DNA of 64,000 nucleotides from Clostridia bacterium (GCA_017471825.1 JAFURQ010000027.1:59478-123477), one strand, 5' to 3'. Positions 16,793 through 25,427 are shown, counted from the first letter of the stretch. The notes: a model not told the origin generated them from the letters alone. Numbers and translations: made by a program.

Positions 16793-16885
16793 ATCACGGC
16801 AGAGCCGTGATGCCATACGCCCGATGGGCGATTCCATACAATTCGCGAGAGCGAATTGATGCCATGCACAAGACCTTTGGTCTTG
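16793..16885. repeat. motif-hairpin array: GAT(G/T)CCAT(A/G)C three times, alternating with four different short hairpins
   Basis: The hairpins are at 16793-16811 (8 bp), 16819-16829, 16840-16857 (7 bp) and 16869-16885 (7 bp). The linker motifs are at 16809-16818, 16830-16839 and 16858-16867. Confidence 0.7.
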
Positions 16886-16893
16886 AATAAAAA

Positions 16894-16923
16894 AACCTAA
16901 ACCGAAACAATTCGATTTAGGTT
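16894..16923. terminator. bidirectional terminator-like hairpin
   Basis: The 8-bp stem aacctaaa...tttaggtt is flanked by an A-run upstream and a T-run downstream. Confidence 0.5.
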
Positions 16924-16928
16924 GTTTT

Positions 16929-17038
16929 TGGCGCAGAGGGAGGGATTCGATTCTCGCGCGAACTGCGCGCTCGGTCTTCCACGGTCGCGGACGTCCACAG
17001 GAAGTCCGCTCTACACCGTTTCCCCTTCGAATCCCTCC
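16929..17038 (-). other. unassigned 110-nt GC-rich element closed by a perfect 12-bp inverted repeat and ending in ...TCGAATCCCTCCCTCTGCGCCA (tRNA-3'-end-like)
   Basis: ggagggattcga (16939-16950) pairs with tcgaatccctcc (17027-17038). There is an internal 6-bp hairpin gcggac/gtccgc. The minus-sense 3' end resembles a T-loop, acceptor and CCA, but no cloverleaf can be drawn. Confidence 0.3.
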
Positions 17039-17049
17039 TTTTACAAAGC

Positions 17050-17077
17050 AAAAACGTCCGAGCTTTTGCTCGGACGT
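17050..17077 (-). terminator. rho-independent terminator after tRNA-Glu
   Basis: The 10-bp stem acgtccgagc tttt gctcggacgt is followed by a T-run on the minus strand. Confidence 0.7.
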
Positions 17078-17084
17078 CTTTACT

Positions 17085-17159
17085 TGGTGACCCGTGGGAG
17101 AATCGAACTCCCGTTTCAGCCTTGAGAGGGCCGTGTCTTAGCCGCTTGACCAACGGGCC
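17085..17159 (-). tRNA. tRNA-Glu (anticodon CUC)
   Basis: The minus-sense sequence GGCCCGTTGGTCAAGCGGCTAAGACACGGCCCTCTCAAGGCTGAAACGGGAGTTCGATTCTCCCACGGGTCACCA folds into a cloverleaf. The anticodon loop is CT-CTC-AA, the T-loop is TTCGATT, and CCA is encoded. Confidence 0.9.
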
Positions 17160-17178
17160 GTGTCATATTCGCTCGATT

Positions 17179-17207
17179 ATTCTACCACAGTTTTTTTCGT
17201 TTGTCAA
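17179..17207 (-). promoter_or_regulatory. sigma-A type promoter for tRNA-Glu
   Basis: On the minus strand TTGACA is followed by a 17-nt spacer and TAGAAT, which ends about 20 nt upstream of the tRNA 5' end. Confidence 0.55.
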
Positions 17208-17549
17208 GTGTTTTTGGATAACTTTTCAGAAAATTCTCACTTTTGTCTTTTTCGCTTGACGACAGGCAAAATGTAGAAGATGTACGCTTTTATGTATTAT
17301 AAATATAAGGATACTCGGCGAAATGTCTTTTTGCACAAAAAACCTGCGCCAAAATGTTCATTTTGCTACTTTTTTTACAGAAAAGTTAAAAAAATGTGAA
17401 AAACGTTATTGACTTTCATTGTTATATAGAGTAAACTCGACTTACAAGGTTTTGAAACGTGGGCGCTATGGGGAAGCGCCTAAAGCGTTTTTTTGCCCCT
17501 TGTGCAAAATGAATTCTAAAAATTTTTATATGAAAGGAATTTCACTCCA

Positions 17550-20500
17550 ATGAAAAAGTCAATCAAAATTTTGACTCTTGTCCTCGCGTTGGCGTTGATA
17601 TGCGGTGCGCTTGTTGTAAGTGCATTTGCTACTGAAGAAGCGGCTGTAACAGGCGTTACTCAGAGCATACTCATCGACTTCCAGGACTCTCCCACAGAAG
17701 AGGCGTCCTATTTGGACGGCGTTGCTCAATCTGACATTTCAACCGTTCCCACATCTCAGGGCGCAGTTCCTAAGATCGTTTGGAAGGAAACAGGTAAGAT
17801 TAAGATGACTACCTCCGAGTATGACACGGAAAACAAGTACATGCTCTGGACCACGACGGTTGGTGGCAGCACAACCTACATTGACTGTTATCTTCATAGC
17901 AAGCCCTCCGCTTCCGGCGAAGTGCTTAATATGACAGGTAAGGCAGGCACCGATGTAAAATACATCGTTATGGACGTAGACCTTATGCTTCCCACCGAAG
18001 GTGTTGCTCCTAAGAACGCAAACATTCAGTTCCTCAGAAGAACCGTTGCTGACGGCGCTACCGCTAACTCCTTCGTTGATAATGCTACTAAGTACACCGG
18101 TACGGGACTTCCCACAAGCGTTCTGAATATTCAGGCAGACGGTAAGATCAACTGCTATAATTCCGCCGGCGCTTGGGTAGCTAACGGTAAGATCGTCCTC
18201 GGCACCTCTTGGACTCACATTACCGTAGTTCTTGAGAACGAGATTCTTCAGGACGGTGACGGCGTTAATTATGTTAGAACCACCGAGTATTTGTATGCAA
18301 ACGGTGCTCTCGTAGACTCGTTCGTTTGGTTCGATAACAGCGCATGTCCCGACGCATCGGTTTACTGGAATTCAGATAAGACCAACTTCAACTACTGTGA
18401 CGTCAGAGTTAACGTAGCCGGTAACGATACCGAGGCTCAGCTCGCTATCGATAACTTCAACGTTCGTATGCTCAGCAATGAGTACAACGGTAACCTTAAG
18501 ACCGTTCTTACCGACGGCACAAGCATTACCCTCGCTGACGTTAACGTTTACGACCCCGAGAACATGCCCTTCGGTACTCTCGCGGCTACCAACGAAACTC
18601 AGGGCACCTACTACGATAGCTTTAACAAGGCTGTTGCAGCAGCTGCTGATGACGACGTGCTCCTTCTCAACGCTGATCTTACCAAGGACGTAACCCTTGA
18701 TAAGTATCTTGAAATCTACCCCGGCGAATATTCCGTAGGCGATCACCTTAAGGTTGCTGAGGGCTGGCAGGTTGAGTACGATGATGTTGCACTCTGCTAC
18801 TTCACCTCCGAGATTACCGACCCCTACACCGTTACCTGGGGCGCTTGTAACTGCGGACTTGCTGAATGTGATGCAACTCACCCCGGCAACGCTACCTCCG
18901 AGCTCGGTATCGGCGCTAACATCTACGACGCATACGAGCAGGCTGTTGAAAACGGCTACGCTTGGGGCGTTACCGTAGACGGCCGTTACTACTACCTTGC
19001 AGGCTGGACGAACGCTGATACAAGCGAAGAGCTTGCAGCTGACGCTGTAGTAACCGACGAAATGCTCGGCACGAGCGTTACCTACAACCCCATCATCAAG
19101 AGCAAGCTTCCCCTTTACTCTTACGTTGATGCTACCGGCAACGCAGCTATCGGCTTCGACGATAACACTCTTTCTGAGATAGTTGAGCTTGCAAAGCCCA
19201 ACTCCACCATCACCCTTCTTGCTGACGTAGTGATTCCCGATACGGCTCCTATATCAATCAGCAAGAACCTTACCATTGACCTCAACGGTCACGTACTCTC
19301 CGACGTTAAGGTTACCGCTAAGTATGCTACCTTCTCTCCCGGTGCTAACTTCACCATCAAGGGTGACGTAGAAGGCTCTACCGTAGTAAAGGCTCACAAT
19401 ACCAGCGGTACCAACTATCAGGGTGTATTTATTCAGCCCTCTTCTTCATCGGCTGTTATCAATTTCGAGGGTGAAAACCTCGCTGTATTCGTTCCCTGTC
19501 TTGTTGCTTCCTGGGGCACCACCATCAACCTCAACATTGACGGCGGCTACTATGCTAAGGGTAACTCCTCCGACAACGGCGGTTACATGTATGCAAACGC
19601 AAGCGCTAAAACAAACGTTAGCCTTAAGAACGCAACCTTCGGCGATATCCACGGCTTTGATATCTATTATACCAATACCGTGCCTCACACCTTCACGGCT
19701 GATAACTGTATATTCCTTGACTATGTAATTAACGTATTCGTCCCCGGACTTACGGACGCAACTATCACTAACTGCTACATCGCATCGACCGCTAAATTTA
19801 AGTATGAGGCTTCGTGGAAGAACAATGGAAGCCCTGCAGACCTCGGCGGTTCTGCATACCTCGGCGCAGGCAACTGGATTTCAGCCGATGCTGAGATCTC
19901 GCTTCTCAAATACTCAGAGAATATCGATGCTTACGATGCAGCTAACAGCATAGTTGTTCCCGTACAGAAGATCACCTTCTCGACCACTAACGGTGTTGTA
20001 AGCTACGCTATAGCTACTACCGAAACCACCTACACATTCCAGAAGTACACTGCAGACTCTTCCAAGCTTGCTAACGTTACCTGGTATGACACCGACGGCA
20101 CTACCGTTCTCGGCACTACCGTAGGTATCCCCGGTCTTAACGCTTCTGCTCCCGGCGTTCCTGTTGCTGACGGTTGGGTAAATGCTCATTACACCGATTG
20201 GACCAACGCTAACGGCGAGAAGACCACTCTCGTTCCCACCGATGCAACCGAGGTTGCCTTCACTCTCGTTGCGGGCTCCGCGGCTGATTACACCGTAGGT
20301 AAGGTTCCGCTCTGGATGAACTGGGCATATCTCTCTCACTCCAGCATTAACGTTTACGTTCCCGCAAACGCTCCCGCAGGTGTAACTCTCACCGACGCGA
20401 GCCTTAACGGAACCAACCGTTGGGCTAACCTTAACGCTAACACCGGATACACCGTTGCTGACACTGCAGTTAACTGCATGTCCGTATGGCCTCAGATCCA

Positions 20501-21152
20501 TCAGGTTGACAACGGTATTTCCGTTTCCGTAACCTTTACCTACGAGGGCAAAACTCTCACCTATGCTATTACTGCAAACGTAGCAAACTACGTTCAGAGA
20601 GTTCTTGAGAACAACCACAGCCAGGCACAGAAGGAAGCTATCGCAGCTTGGGCAGGCTACGTTATTGCAGCTAACAATGCTGCAGGCGAAACTACCACCG
20701 ATGCCTTCCTTGCAGTTTACAACGGCATAGCTCAGGAATATCTTCCCGAGGCTCGTGAGCTTGGCGTAACCGCAGCTCCTGACGTATCCGCTCTCAGCAC
20801 CTACATTGAATCTGTAACCGGTGCAGTCGGCGCAGACAGCCTTGGCTCCTTCGTGTTCAAGATTACTCCTAAGGCAGCTCTCACCGAGGCAGGCTACACC
20901 ATCACTTGCTCGGTTGCAACTCCCGCGAAGAAGTCCGACGGTAACTATTATATTCAGAACGCTAATGCTCACTACCTTGACAACGAGTTTACTATCAAGG
21001 TTATGAACGGTGAAGAGGTTGTTGCACAGGCTAACTACTCTCTTGCAGGTTACCTCTACTCCATTCAGGGTCAGACCGGCACCACCCTCACTGAGCTTGC
21101 TGAGGCTGCTTGGCTCTACTTCGGCGCAGTATCCGCTATTAAGAATTATTAA
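17550..21152 (+). CDS. large secreted protein (1200 aa) with a signal peptide; candidate surface or S-layer-like protein
   Basis: The N-terminus MKKSIKILTLVLALALICGALVVSAFA is a signal peptide. The composition is rich in Thr, Ala, Asn and Val. Segments such as NLTIDLNGHVL resemble beta-helix/adhesin repeats. Codon choice visibly resembles that of the ribosomal genes. No LPXTG, SLH or other anchor motif was recognised. Confidence 0.75.
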   Translation: MKKSIKILTLVLALALICGALVVSAFATEEAAVTGVTQSILIDFQDSPTEEASYLDGVAQSDISTVPTSQGAVPKIVWKETGKIKMTTSEYDTENKYMLWTTTVGGSTTYIDCYLHSKPSASGEVLNMTGKAGTDVKYIVMDVDLMLPTEGVAPKNANIQFLRRTVADGATANSFVDNATKYTGTGLPTSVLNIQADGKINCYNSAGAWVANGKIVLGTSWTHITVVLENEILQDGDGVNYVRTTEYLYANGALVDSFVWFDNSACPDASVYWNSDKTNFNYCDVRVNVAGNDTEAQLAIDNFNVRMLSNEYNGNLKTVLTDGTSITLADVNVYDPENMPFGTLAATNETQGTYYDSFNKAVAAAADDDVLLLNADLTKDVTLDKYLEIYPGEYSVGDHLKVAEGWQVEYDDVALCYFTSEITDPYTVTWGACNCGLAECDATHPGNATSELGIGANIYDAYEQAVENGYAWGVTVDGRYYYLAGWTNADTSEELAADAVVTDEMLGTSVTYNPIIKSKLPLYSYVDATGNAAIGFDDNTLSEIVELAKPNSTITLLADVVIPDTAPISISKNLTIDLNGHVLSDVKVTAKYATFSPGANFTIKGDVEGSTVVKAHNTSGTNYQGVFIQPSSSSAVINFEGENLAVFVPCLVASWGTTINLNIDGGYYAKGNSSDNGGYMYANASAKTNVSLKNATFGDIHGFDIYYTNTVPHTFTADNCIFLDYVINVFVPGLTDATITNCYIASTAKFKYEASWKNNGSPADLGGSAYLGAGNWISADAEISLLKYSENIDAYDAANSIVVPVQKITFSTTNGVVSYAIATTETTYTFQKYTADSSKLANVTWYDTDGTTVLGTTVGIPGLNASAPGVPVADGWVNAHYTDWTNANGEKTTLVPTDATEVAFTLVAGSAADYTVGKVPLWMNWAYLSHSSINVYVPANAPAGVTLTDASLNGTNRWANLNANTGYTVADTAVNCMSVWPQIHQVDNGISVSVTFTYEGKTLTYAITANVANYVQRVLENNHSQAQKEAIAAWAGYVIAANNAAGETTTDAFLAVYNGIAQEYLPEARELGVTAAPDVSALSTYIESVTGAVGADSLGSFVFKITPKAALTEAGYTITCSVATPAKKSDGNYYIQNANAHYLDNEFTIKVMNGEEVVAQANYSLAGYLYSIQGQTGTTLTELAEAAWLYFGAVSAIKNY

Positions 21153-21253
21153 TCTCGGTAACTGATAAAGTAAATAAATGGTGTTCCTAAAGGAACGAAA
21201 CAAATTTTAATTTAATAACACGAATAAAGCATTAGATTGATTGATTGACATTA

Positions 21254-21283
21254 AAGGCGCGGGCAACCGCGCCTTTTCTGTTT
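21254..21283 (+). terminator. rho-independent terminator
   Basis: The stem aaggcgcgg gcaa ccgcgcctt is followed by TTCTGTTT. Confidence 0.7.
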
Positions 21284-21411
21284 GTTCCTTACCTTTCCTC
21301 ATTTACCATATATTTTGCATTGCTATTTATGCATAGGCTGTGATACAATATTTCACATAGCGGGTACGGGGCCACTGCCGTGCCTGCAATACAAGGAAAG
21401 GAAGGTAATGA

Positions 21412-22353
21412 ATGAATAAAAAGCTAACGAAAATTTGTGCTGTAATATGTATTGCCGCGGCGCTTACGGGATTCACCGTACCGTCATCTGCGGCAGGTAG
21501 TAGCGATGCTTACGGACAAGCCGCGGCGGCAGAGGCACGGGTAGCCGATGCAAGAGCGATTGAGCGAGAATACAGCTTATCCACGGTTTCACAGAAATCC
21601 GTGTACGCATATTCCGCGAGTGATGTCTACCTCGGCTCACAAAATCTCGGCGGCATCGGCAGGGTGATAAACGGCGAGGTGTACATACCTATAAGACAGT
21701 TTATAAGCTCGGTATCATCGCTCTCGGTGAACTATAATTCGAGCTCCCGCACCATAACCGTTACCGGCGGCGGTCACAACGTATCCGTATCGGACGGGGC
21801 ATACGCCCTGTATGCAAACGGCAGGGTGTTTTTCTCCTCCACACCGTCTGTTATTCTTTCAAACGGAAGAATGTACGTGCCTGCAAGGACCCTTGCGCGT
21901 GCGTTTTCATTGACTCTTACGCAGGATGGCAGTGCGGCAAGGCTTACGGGCAATATAGCACCCGTTAAGAGCGGCGCGAGCTTTTACGATGCGGATGCGG
22001 TCTACTGGCTTTCGCGAATTATAAGCGCGGAGAGCAGGGGAGAGCCGCTCATAGGTCAGATAGCCGTTGGCAACGTAGTGCTCAACCGCGTGCGCTCGAG
22101 CGCGTTTCCAAACACTATATGGGGCGTCATATTTGACAGAAAATACGGCGTTCAGTTCAGCCCCGTAGCAAACGGAACGATATATCAGGCACCTACGGCA
22201 AGCGCGGTTTTAGCGGCAAAAATATGCCTTGACGGCTTCTCCGTATCTCCTGATGCGTTATACTTTTTGCGCCCCTCCGCCTCCGAATCGTCGTGGATAG
22301 TGAAAAACAGGGAATATCTGTTCACCATAAGAAATCATTATTTCTTTGCCTAA
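21412..22353 (+). CDS. cell-wall hydrolase, SleB-like (copper-amine-oxidase-N-like stalk plus Hydrolase_2 domain)
   Basis: There is a signal peptide. VYIPIRQFISS / MYVPARTLARAF repeats are present. The C-terminus reads YWLSRIISAESRGEPLIGQIAVGNVVLNRV...FP..I..VIF....QFSPV. Confidence 0.75.
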   Translation: MNKKLTKICAVICIAAALTGFTVPSSAAGSSDAYGQAAAAEARVADARAIEREYSLSTVSQKSVYAYSASDVYLGSQNLGGIGRVINGEVYIPIRQFISSVSSLSVNYNSSSRTITVTGGGHNVSVSDGAYALYANGRVFFSSTPSVILSNGRMYVPARTLARAFSLTLTQDGSAARLTGNIAPVKSGASFYDADAVYWLSRIISAESRGEPLIGQIAVGNVVLNRVRSSAFPNTIWGVIFDRKYGVQFSPVANGTIYQAPTASAVLAAKICLDGFSVSPDALYFLRPSASESSWIVKNREYLFTIRNHYFFA

Positions 22354-22473
22354 TAAAAAGGGTGACTCCGTATTTGCGGTGTCATCCTTTTTATTTTTAT
22401 TTGCGTAACACTTGCTTTTTTTCCTTTTTTATTATATACTATATATGTAAGTTAATTAAAAGAGGTTTTTGAC

Positions 22474-23025
22474 ATGGTTTATACTATTAAGGTAGCGGGG
22501 CTCGAGCGCGATCTTCCTCTTTGCCCCATTTCAGGCGCACTTAACATAGGTGCATTTATTCTTTTTGGCGACGTGGAGCTGACAGAGCGCTGTGCCGAGG
22601 AGCTTAACAAGCTCGCACCCGAGCACGACGTTATGATTACCGCGGAATCGAAGGGTATTCCTCTCATTCACGCAATGTGCCGCTATTCGGGTAAGAACAG
22701 ATACGTTCTCGCTCGCAAATCGGTCAAGCTCTATATGCGCGACGTGGTAAAGTGCGAAACGCAGTCCATCACCACCGCGGCAAAGCAGACACTTTATATC
22801 AACGGTGACGATGCCGAATTTATGAAGGGCAAGCGTGTTCTTATAGTTGACGACGTAATCAGCACGGGCGGCTCGCTTCTTTCGCTTGAAAACCTTGTAA
22901 AGCAGTCCGGCGGCGAGGTCGTTGGTAAAATGGCAATACTCGCAGAGGGCGAGGCGGCTGAAAGAGAGGATATAATATATCTTGAAAAGCTTCCTCTTTT
23001 TGACAACGAGGGTCACGCGCTTTAA
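22474..23025 (+). CDS. phosphoribosyltransferase family protein
   Basis: VLIVDDVISTGGSL is the PRPP-binding motif. Confidence 0.7.
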   Translation: MVYTIKVAGLERDLPLCPISGALNIGAFILFGDVELTERCAEELNKLAPEHDVMITAESKGIPLIHAMCRYSGKNRYVLARKSVKLYMRDVVKCETQSITTAAKQTLYINGDDAEFMKGKRVLIVDDVISTGGSLLSLENLVKQSGGEVVGKMAILAEGEAAEREDIIYLEKLPLFDNEGHAL

Positions 23026-23064
23026 TTTGAAGTGAAATTATTTACATAAAGAAAGGACTTTATT

Positions 23065-23679
23065 ATGGCAGATCTTTTAAATACAGTAACCTCGGCGATT
23101 GATTCGCTTGGCGGCGGCTCGATTCCGATTCTTATCGCTATCGCGGCGGCTTGCATAGCCTTTGCGCTCTTCGGATACCAGATTTTCAGAATACTTCTCG
23201 GCGTTGTCGGCGCATTCCTCGGCGTCTGGGGCGGAATTTTTATATGCAACCTGTTTGAGATAAATAACCTTATAGCAAAGGTTGTTATATGTATTATTCT
23301 CGCAATAGTCGTTGCTGTTCTTATGCTCGGCATATACAAGCTTGCGCTTTTCTTGAGCGGTATGGCGGCAGGCGCTATGCTCGGCTCGTTTGTTAACGGA
23401 CTGGTTGTAGCGGCAGGCTACGAAATGTTCGCCGAGATGCCTATGAACCTCATCATTCCCATCGTTCTCGGCATTATTATAGGTATTCTTCACGTTGTTC
23501 TTTTCAGAATCCTGTTCATTATTGAAACGAGTATTGGTGGAATGGTAGCCGCTATGTATATCATTATGGTTATGATTTGCGGTCTTGCTAACCTCTGGGT
23601 TCCTCTTGCTGTCGGTGTGGTTCTCGGCATTGGCGCGTGCGTTTTCCAGTTTACGTTTGGCAAAAAGGACACGGATTAA
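23065..23679 (+). CDS. polytopic membrane protein of unknown function
   Basis: It has 5-6 hydrophobic helices. No catalytic motif was recognised. Confidence 0.6.
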   Translation: MADLLNTVTSAIDSLGGGSIPILIAIAAACIAFALFGYQIFRILLGVVGAFLGVWGGIFICNLFEINNLIAKVVICIILAIVVAVLMLGIYKLALFLSGMAAGAMLGSFVNGLVVAAGYEMFAEMPMNLIIPIVLGIIIGILHVVLFRILFIIETSIGGMVAAMYIIMVMICGLANLWVPLAVGVVLGIGACVFQFTFGKKDTD

Positions 23680-23689
23680 AAAAATAATA

Positions 23690-23717
23690 AAAAAACGCCC
23701 GTTGGGGCGTTTTTTTA
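23690..23717. terminator. bidirectional terminator
   Basis: The stem acgccc gttg gggcgt is flanked by an A-run and a T-run, and lies between convergent genes. Confidence 0.7.
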
Positions 23718-24494
23718 TTGCATATAGCGGCGCAGCTTCTCGATAGCACCCTTTTCAAGACGTGATACCTGAGCCTGACTGATACCTATCTCGTCGGCGA
23801 TTTCCATTTGTGTTTTGCCCTTGTAAAATCTGCGCGAGATTATATTCATCTCACGTGAGCTGAGCTTTTTGAGCGCCTCTCTTAGTGTTATGCTTTCAAC
23901 CCAATCGCCGTCCGTGTCCGAATCCATCGTCAGCTTATCAATTACGAACATACTGTCCTCGCCGCCATCCGAAAAAACCGAGTCATAAAGTGACACGGGC
24001 TCGACTATTGCTTCCATAGCCGCGCCTACGGCGCGCTCACTTTCGCCGAGGATTTCGGCAATTTCGGCAAGGGTTGCATCTCTTTGCTTCGTTGCGGAGA
24101 TTTCCTCCTTCACCTGTAGCGCACGGTAGGCAAGGTCTCTCATACTGCGCGAAATACGCACCGAATTATTATCACGCAGGTGTCTGCGCACCTCACCGAT
24201 TATCATTGGCACCGCGTAGGTGGAAAATTTAACGTCAAGTTCGAGATTAAAATTATCAATAGCCTTTATAAGTCCTATACACCCTACTTGGAAAAGGTCG
24301 TTTGCACTGTCGTTTTTTGAGGAAAACTTGCTTATAACGCTCAAAACAAGCCGTAGATTACCAACGATAAGCTCCTCGCGCGCCGCCATGTCGCCCTCCT
24401 TTGCCCGCTCCAAAAGCTCACGCTTTTTCGCCTCGGAGAGCGTTGTCAGGCTTGACGTATCAACACCGCATATCTCCACGTAATTTTTTCTCAT
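23715..24494 (-). CDS. sigG: sporulation sigma factor SigG
   Basis: VEICGVDTS..L..L...GNLRLVLSVI.KF...DLFQVGCIGLIKAIDNF...VKFSTYAVPMIIGEVRRHLRDNN..R.SRS.RD.AY.ALQV closely matches Bacillus SigG as remembered. SigF cannot be fully excluded. Confidence 0.8.
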   Translation of the reverse strand: MRKNYVEICGVDTSSLTTLSEAKKRELLERAKEGDMAAREELIVGNLRLVLSVISKFSSKNDSANDLFQVGCIGLIKAIDNFNLELDVKFSTYAVPMIIGEVRRHLRDNNSVRISRSMRDLAYRALQVKEEISATKQRDATLAEIAEILGESERAVGAAMEAIVEPVSLYDSVFSDGGEDSMFVIDKLTMDSDTDGDWVESITLREALKKLSSREMNIISRRFYKGKTQMEIADEIGISQAQVSRLEKGAIEKLRRYMQ

Positions 24495-24681
24495 ATCAAC
24501 ACCCCGAAAAATTCTGTTAAGGCGTTTTTGCCTCTATGTTAGAATTATCTCCAAAAGAGGTGAAAATACACACTAAAATAGGGGGCGTGTAACTTTTTAG
24601 AGCAAAAATATTTGTTCACGGAGTGAATAAAAAGCAAAGAAACATTTACATATAGGCTTGCCGATTTTTCTCAAAAAGAGT

Positions 24682-24710
24682 TTGACAGAAGAGAAGTTTT
24701 ACTGTATAAT
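24682..24710 (+). promoter_or_regulatory. consensus sigma-A promoter upstream of nrdG
   Basis: TTGACA (24682-24687) is followed by a 17-nt spacer and TATAAT (24705-24710). Confidence 0.6.
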
Positions 24711-24740
24711 ATATACATCAAGAATATCACGGAGACAGTA

Positions 24741-25427
24741 ATGGTAATTAAAGGACTTCAAAAGCTGACACTGCTTGATTATCCCGGCAAAATCGCCGCA
24801 ACGGTTTTTCTTGGCGGCTGTAATTTCCGTTGCCCGTTTTGTCACAACGGCTCTCTCGTTCTTGGCGACGGGGCAGAGGGGATAAGCGAGGGGGAGCTTT
24901 TCGCTTTTCTTGAATCAAGGCGTGGTAAGCTCGGCGGAGTTTGCATATCCGGTGGCGAGCCGACTCTTTACAAGGAGCTGCCCGAGCTTATAGTAAAAAT
25001 CAAGGAAATGGGCTTTGCGGTAAAGCTTGACACCAACGGTACAAATCCCAAAATGATAAAGGAGCTTGTTGCAGCAGGGCTTGTTGATTATATCGCGATG
25101 GATATAAAAAGCTCGCCTGCGGGCTACGCGCGCGCCTCCGGAATAAGCGGTCTTGACTTGTCTGCAGTGTCCGAGAGCGTTGATTTTTTGCTTTCCGGTG
25201 CGGTGGAGTATGAATTCAGGACGACCGTTGTGCGTGAGCTTCATACAAAAGAGGATTTTTTGGAAATCGGCAGATGGATACGGGGAGCACGTGCATATTT
25301 TCTTCAACCGTATAAGGACTCCGAGGACGTCATTGAGCATGGTTTTTCGAGTTATTCCGAGGCAGAAATTTCGGCACTTCTCGACGTCGTTTTTGCGTAT
25401 GTACCAAATGCACAAATAAGGGGATAG
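24741..25427 (+). CDS. nrdG: anaerobic ribonucleoside-triphosphate reductase activating protein (radical SAM)
   Basis: It carries the CNFRCPFCHN cluster and is adjacent to nrdD. Confidence 0.85.
   Translation: MVIKGLQKLTLLDYPGKIAATVFLGGCNFRCPFCHNGSLVLGDGAEGISEGELFAFLESRRGKLGGVCISGGEPTLYKELPELIVKIKEMGFAVKLDTNGTNPKMIKELVAAGLVDYIAMDIKSSPAGYARASGISGLDLSAVSESVDFLLSGAVEYEFRTTVVRELHTKEDFLEIGRWIRGARAYFLQPYKDSEDVIEHGFSSYSEAEISALLDVVFAYVPNAQIRG

Larger units (their letters stand above)
16353..17104 (-). mobile_element. candidate recombinase-less cassette at the 3' part of tRNA-Glu
   Basis: The 12-nt cgtgggagaatc in the tRNA T-arm/acceptor (17093-17104) is repeated at 16353-16364 (14 of 15 nt with flanks). 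The interval holds a 4HB pseudogene, a hairpin array and a 110-nt element closed by an inverted repeat. Confidence 0.3.

Noticed and set aside
16929-17038. tRNA-Sec, tmRNA tRNA-like domain or small SRP RNA
   Set aside because: There is no UCA anticodon loop, because the candidate loop is 11 nt (TTCCTGTGGAC). No 5' acceptor strand is complementary to CCTCTGC. There is no GGAAGCAGC-type SRP domain IV motif and no tmRNA tag ORF.
16917-17153. ORFs 16917..17153 (-) and 16922..17125 (+)
   Set aside because: They overlap tRNA-Glu, its terminator and the GC-rich element closed by an inverted repeat, so they are non-coding.
19914-21203. 429-aa antisense ORF inside the large secreted-protein gene, together with the many long antisense ORFs across nrdD, polA and the ribosomal operon
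   Set aside because: They lie opposite strongly supported genes and have low-complexity or odd composition (Cys/Ser/Arg-rich). They have no Shine-Dalgarno sequence. These are typical shadow ORFs of GC-biased third-position coding DNA.
21286-21411. Possible riboswitch (for example ydaO/cyclic-di-AMP type) upstream of the SleB-like hydrolase
   Set aside because: The region is only about 120 nt. Only weak partial complementarity was seen (ttccttacctttcc versus ggaaaggaaggtaa). None of the conserved ydaO sequence blocks could be recognised by eye.
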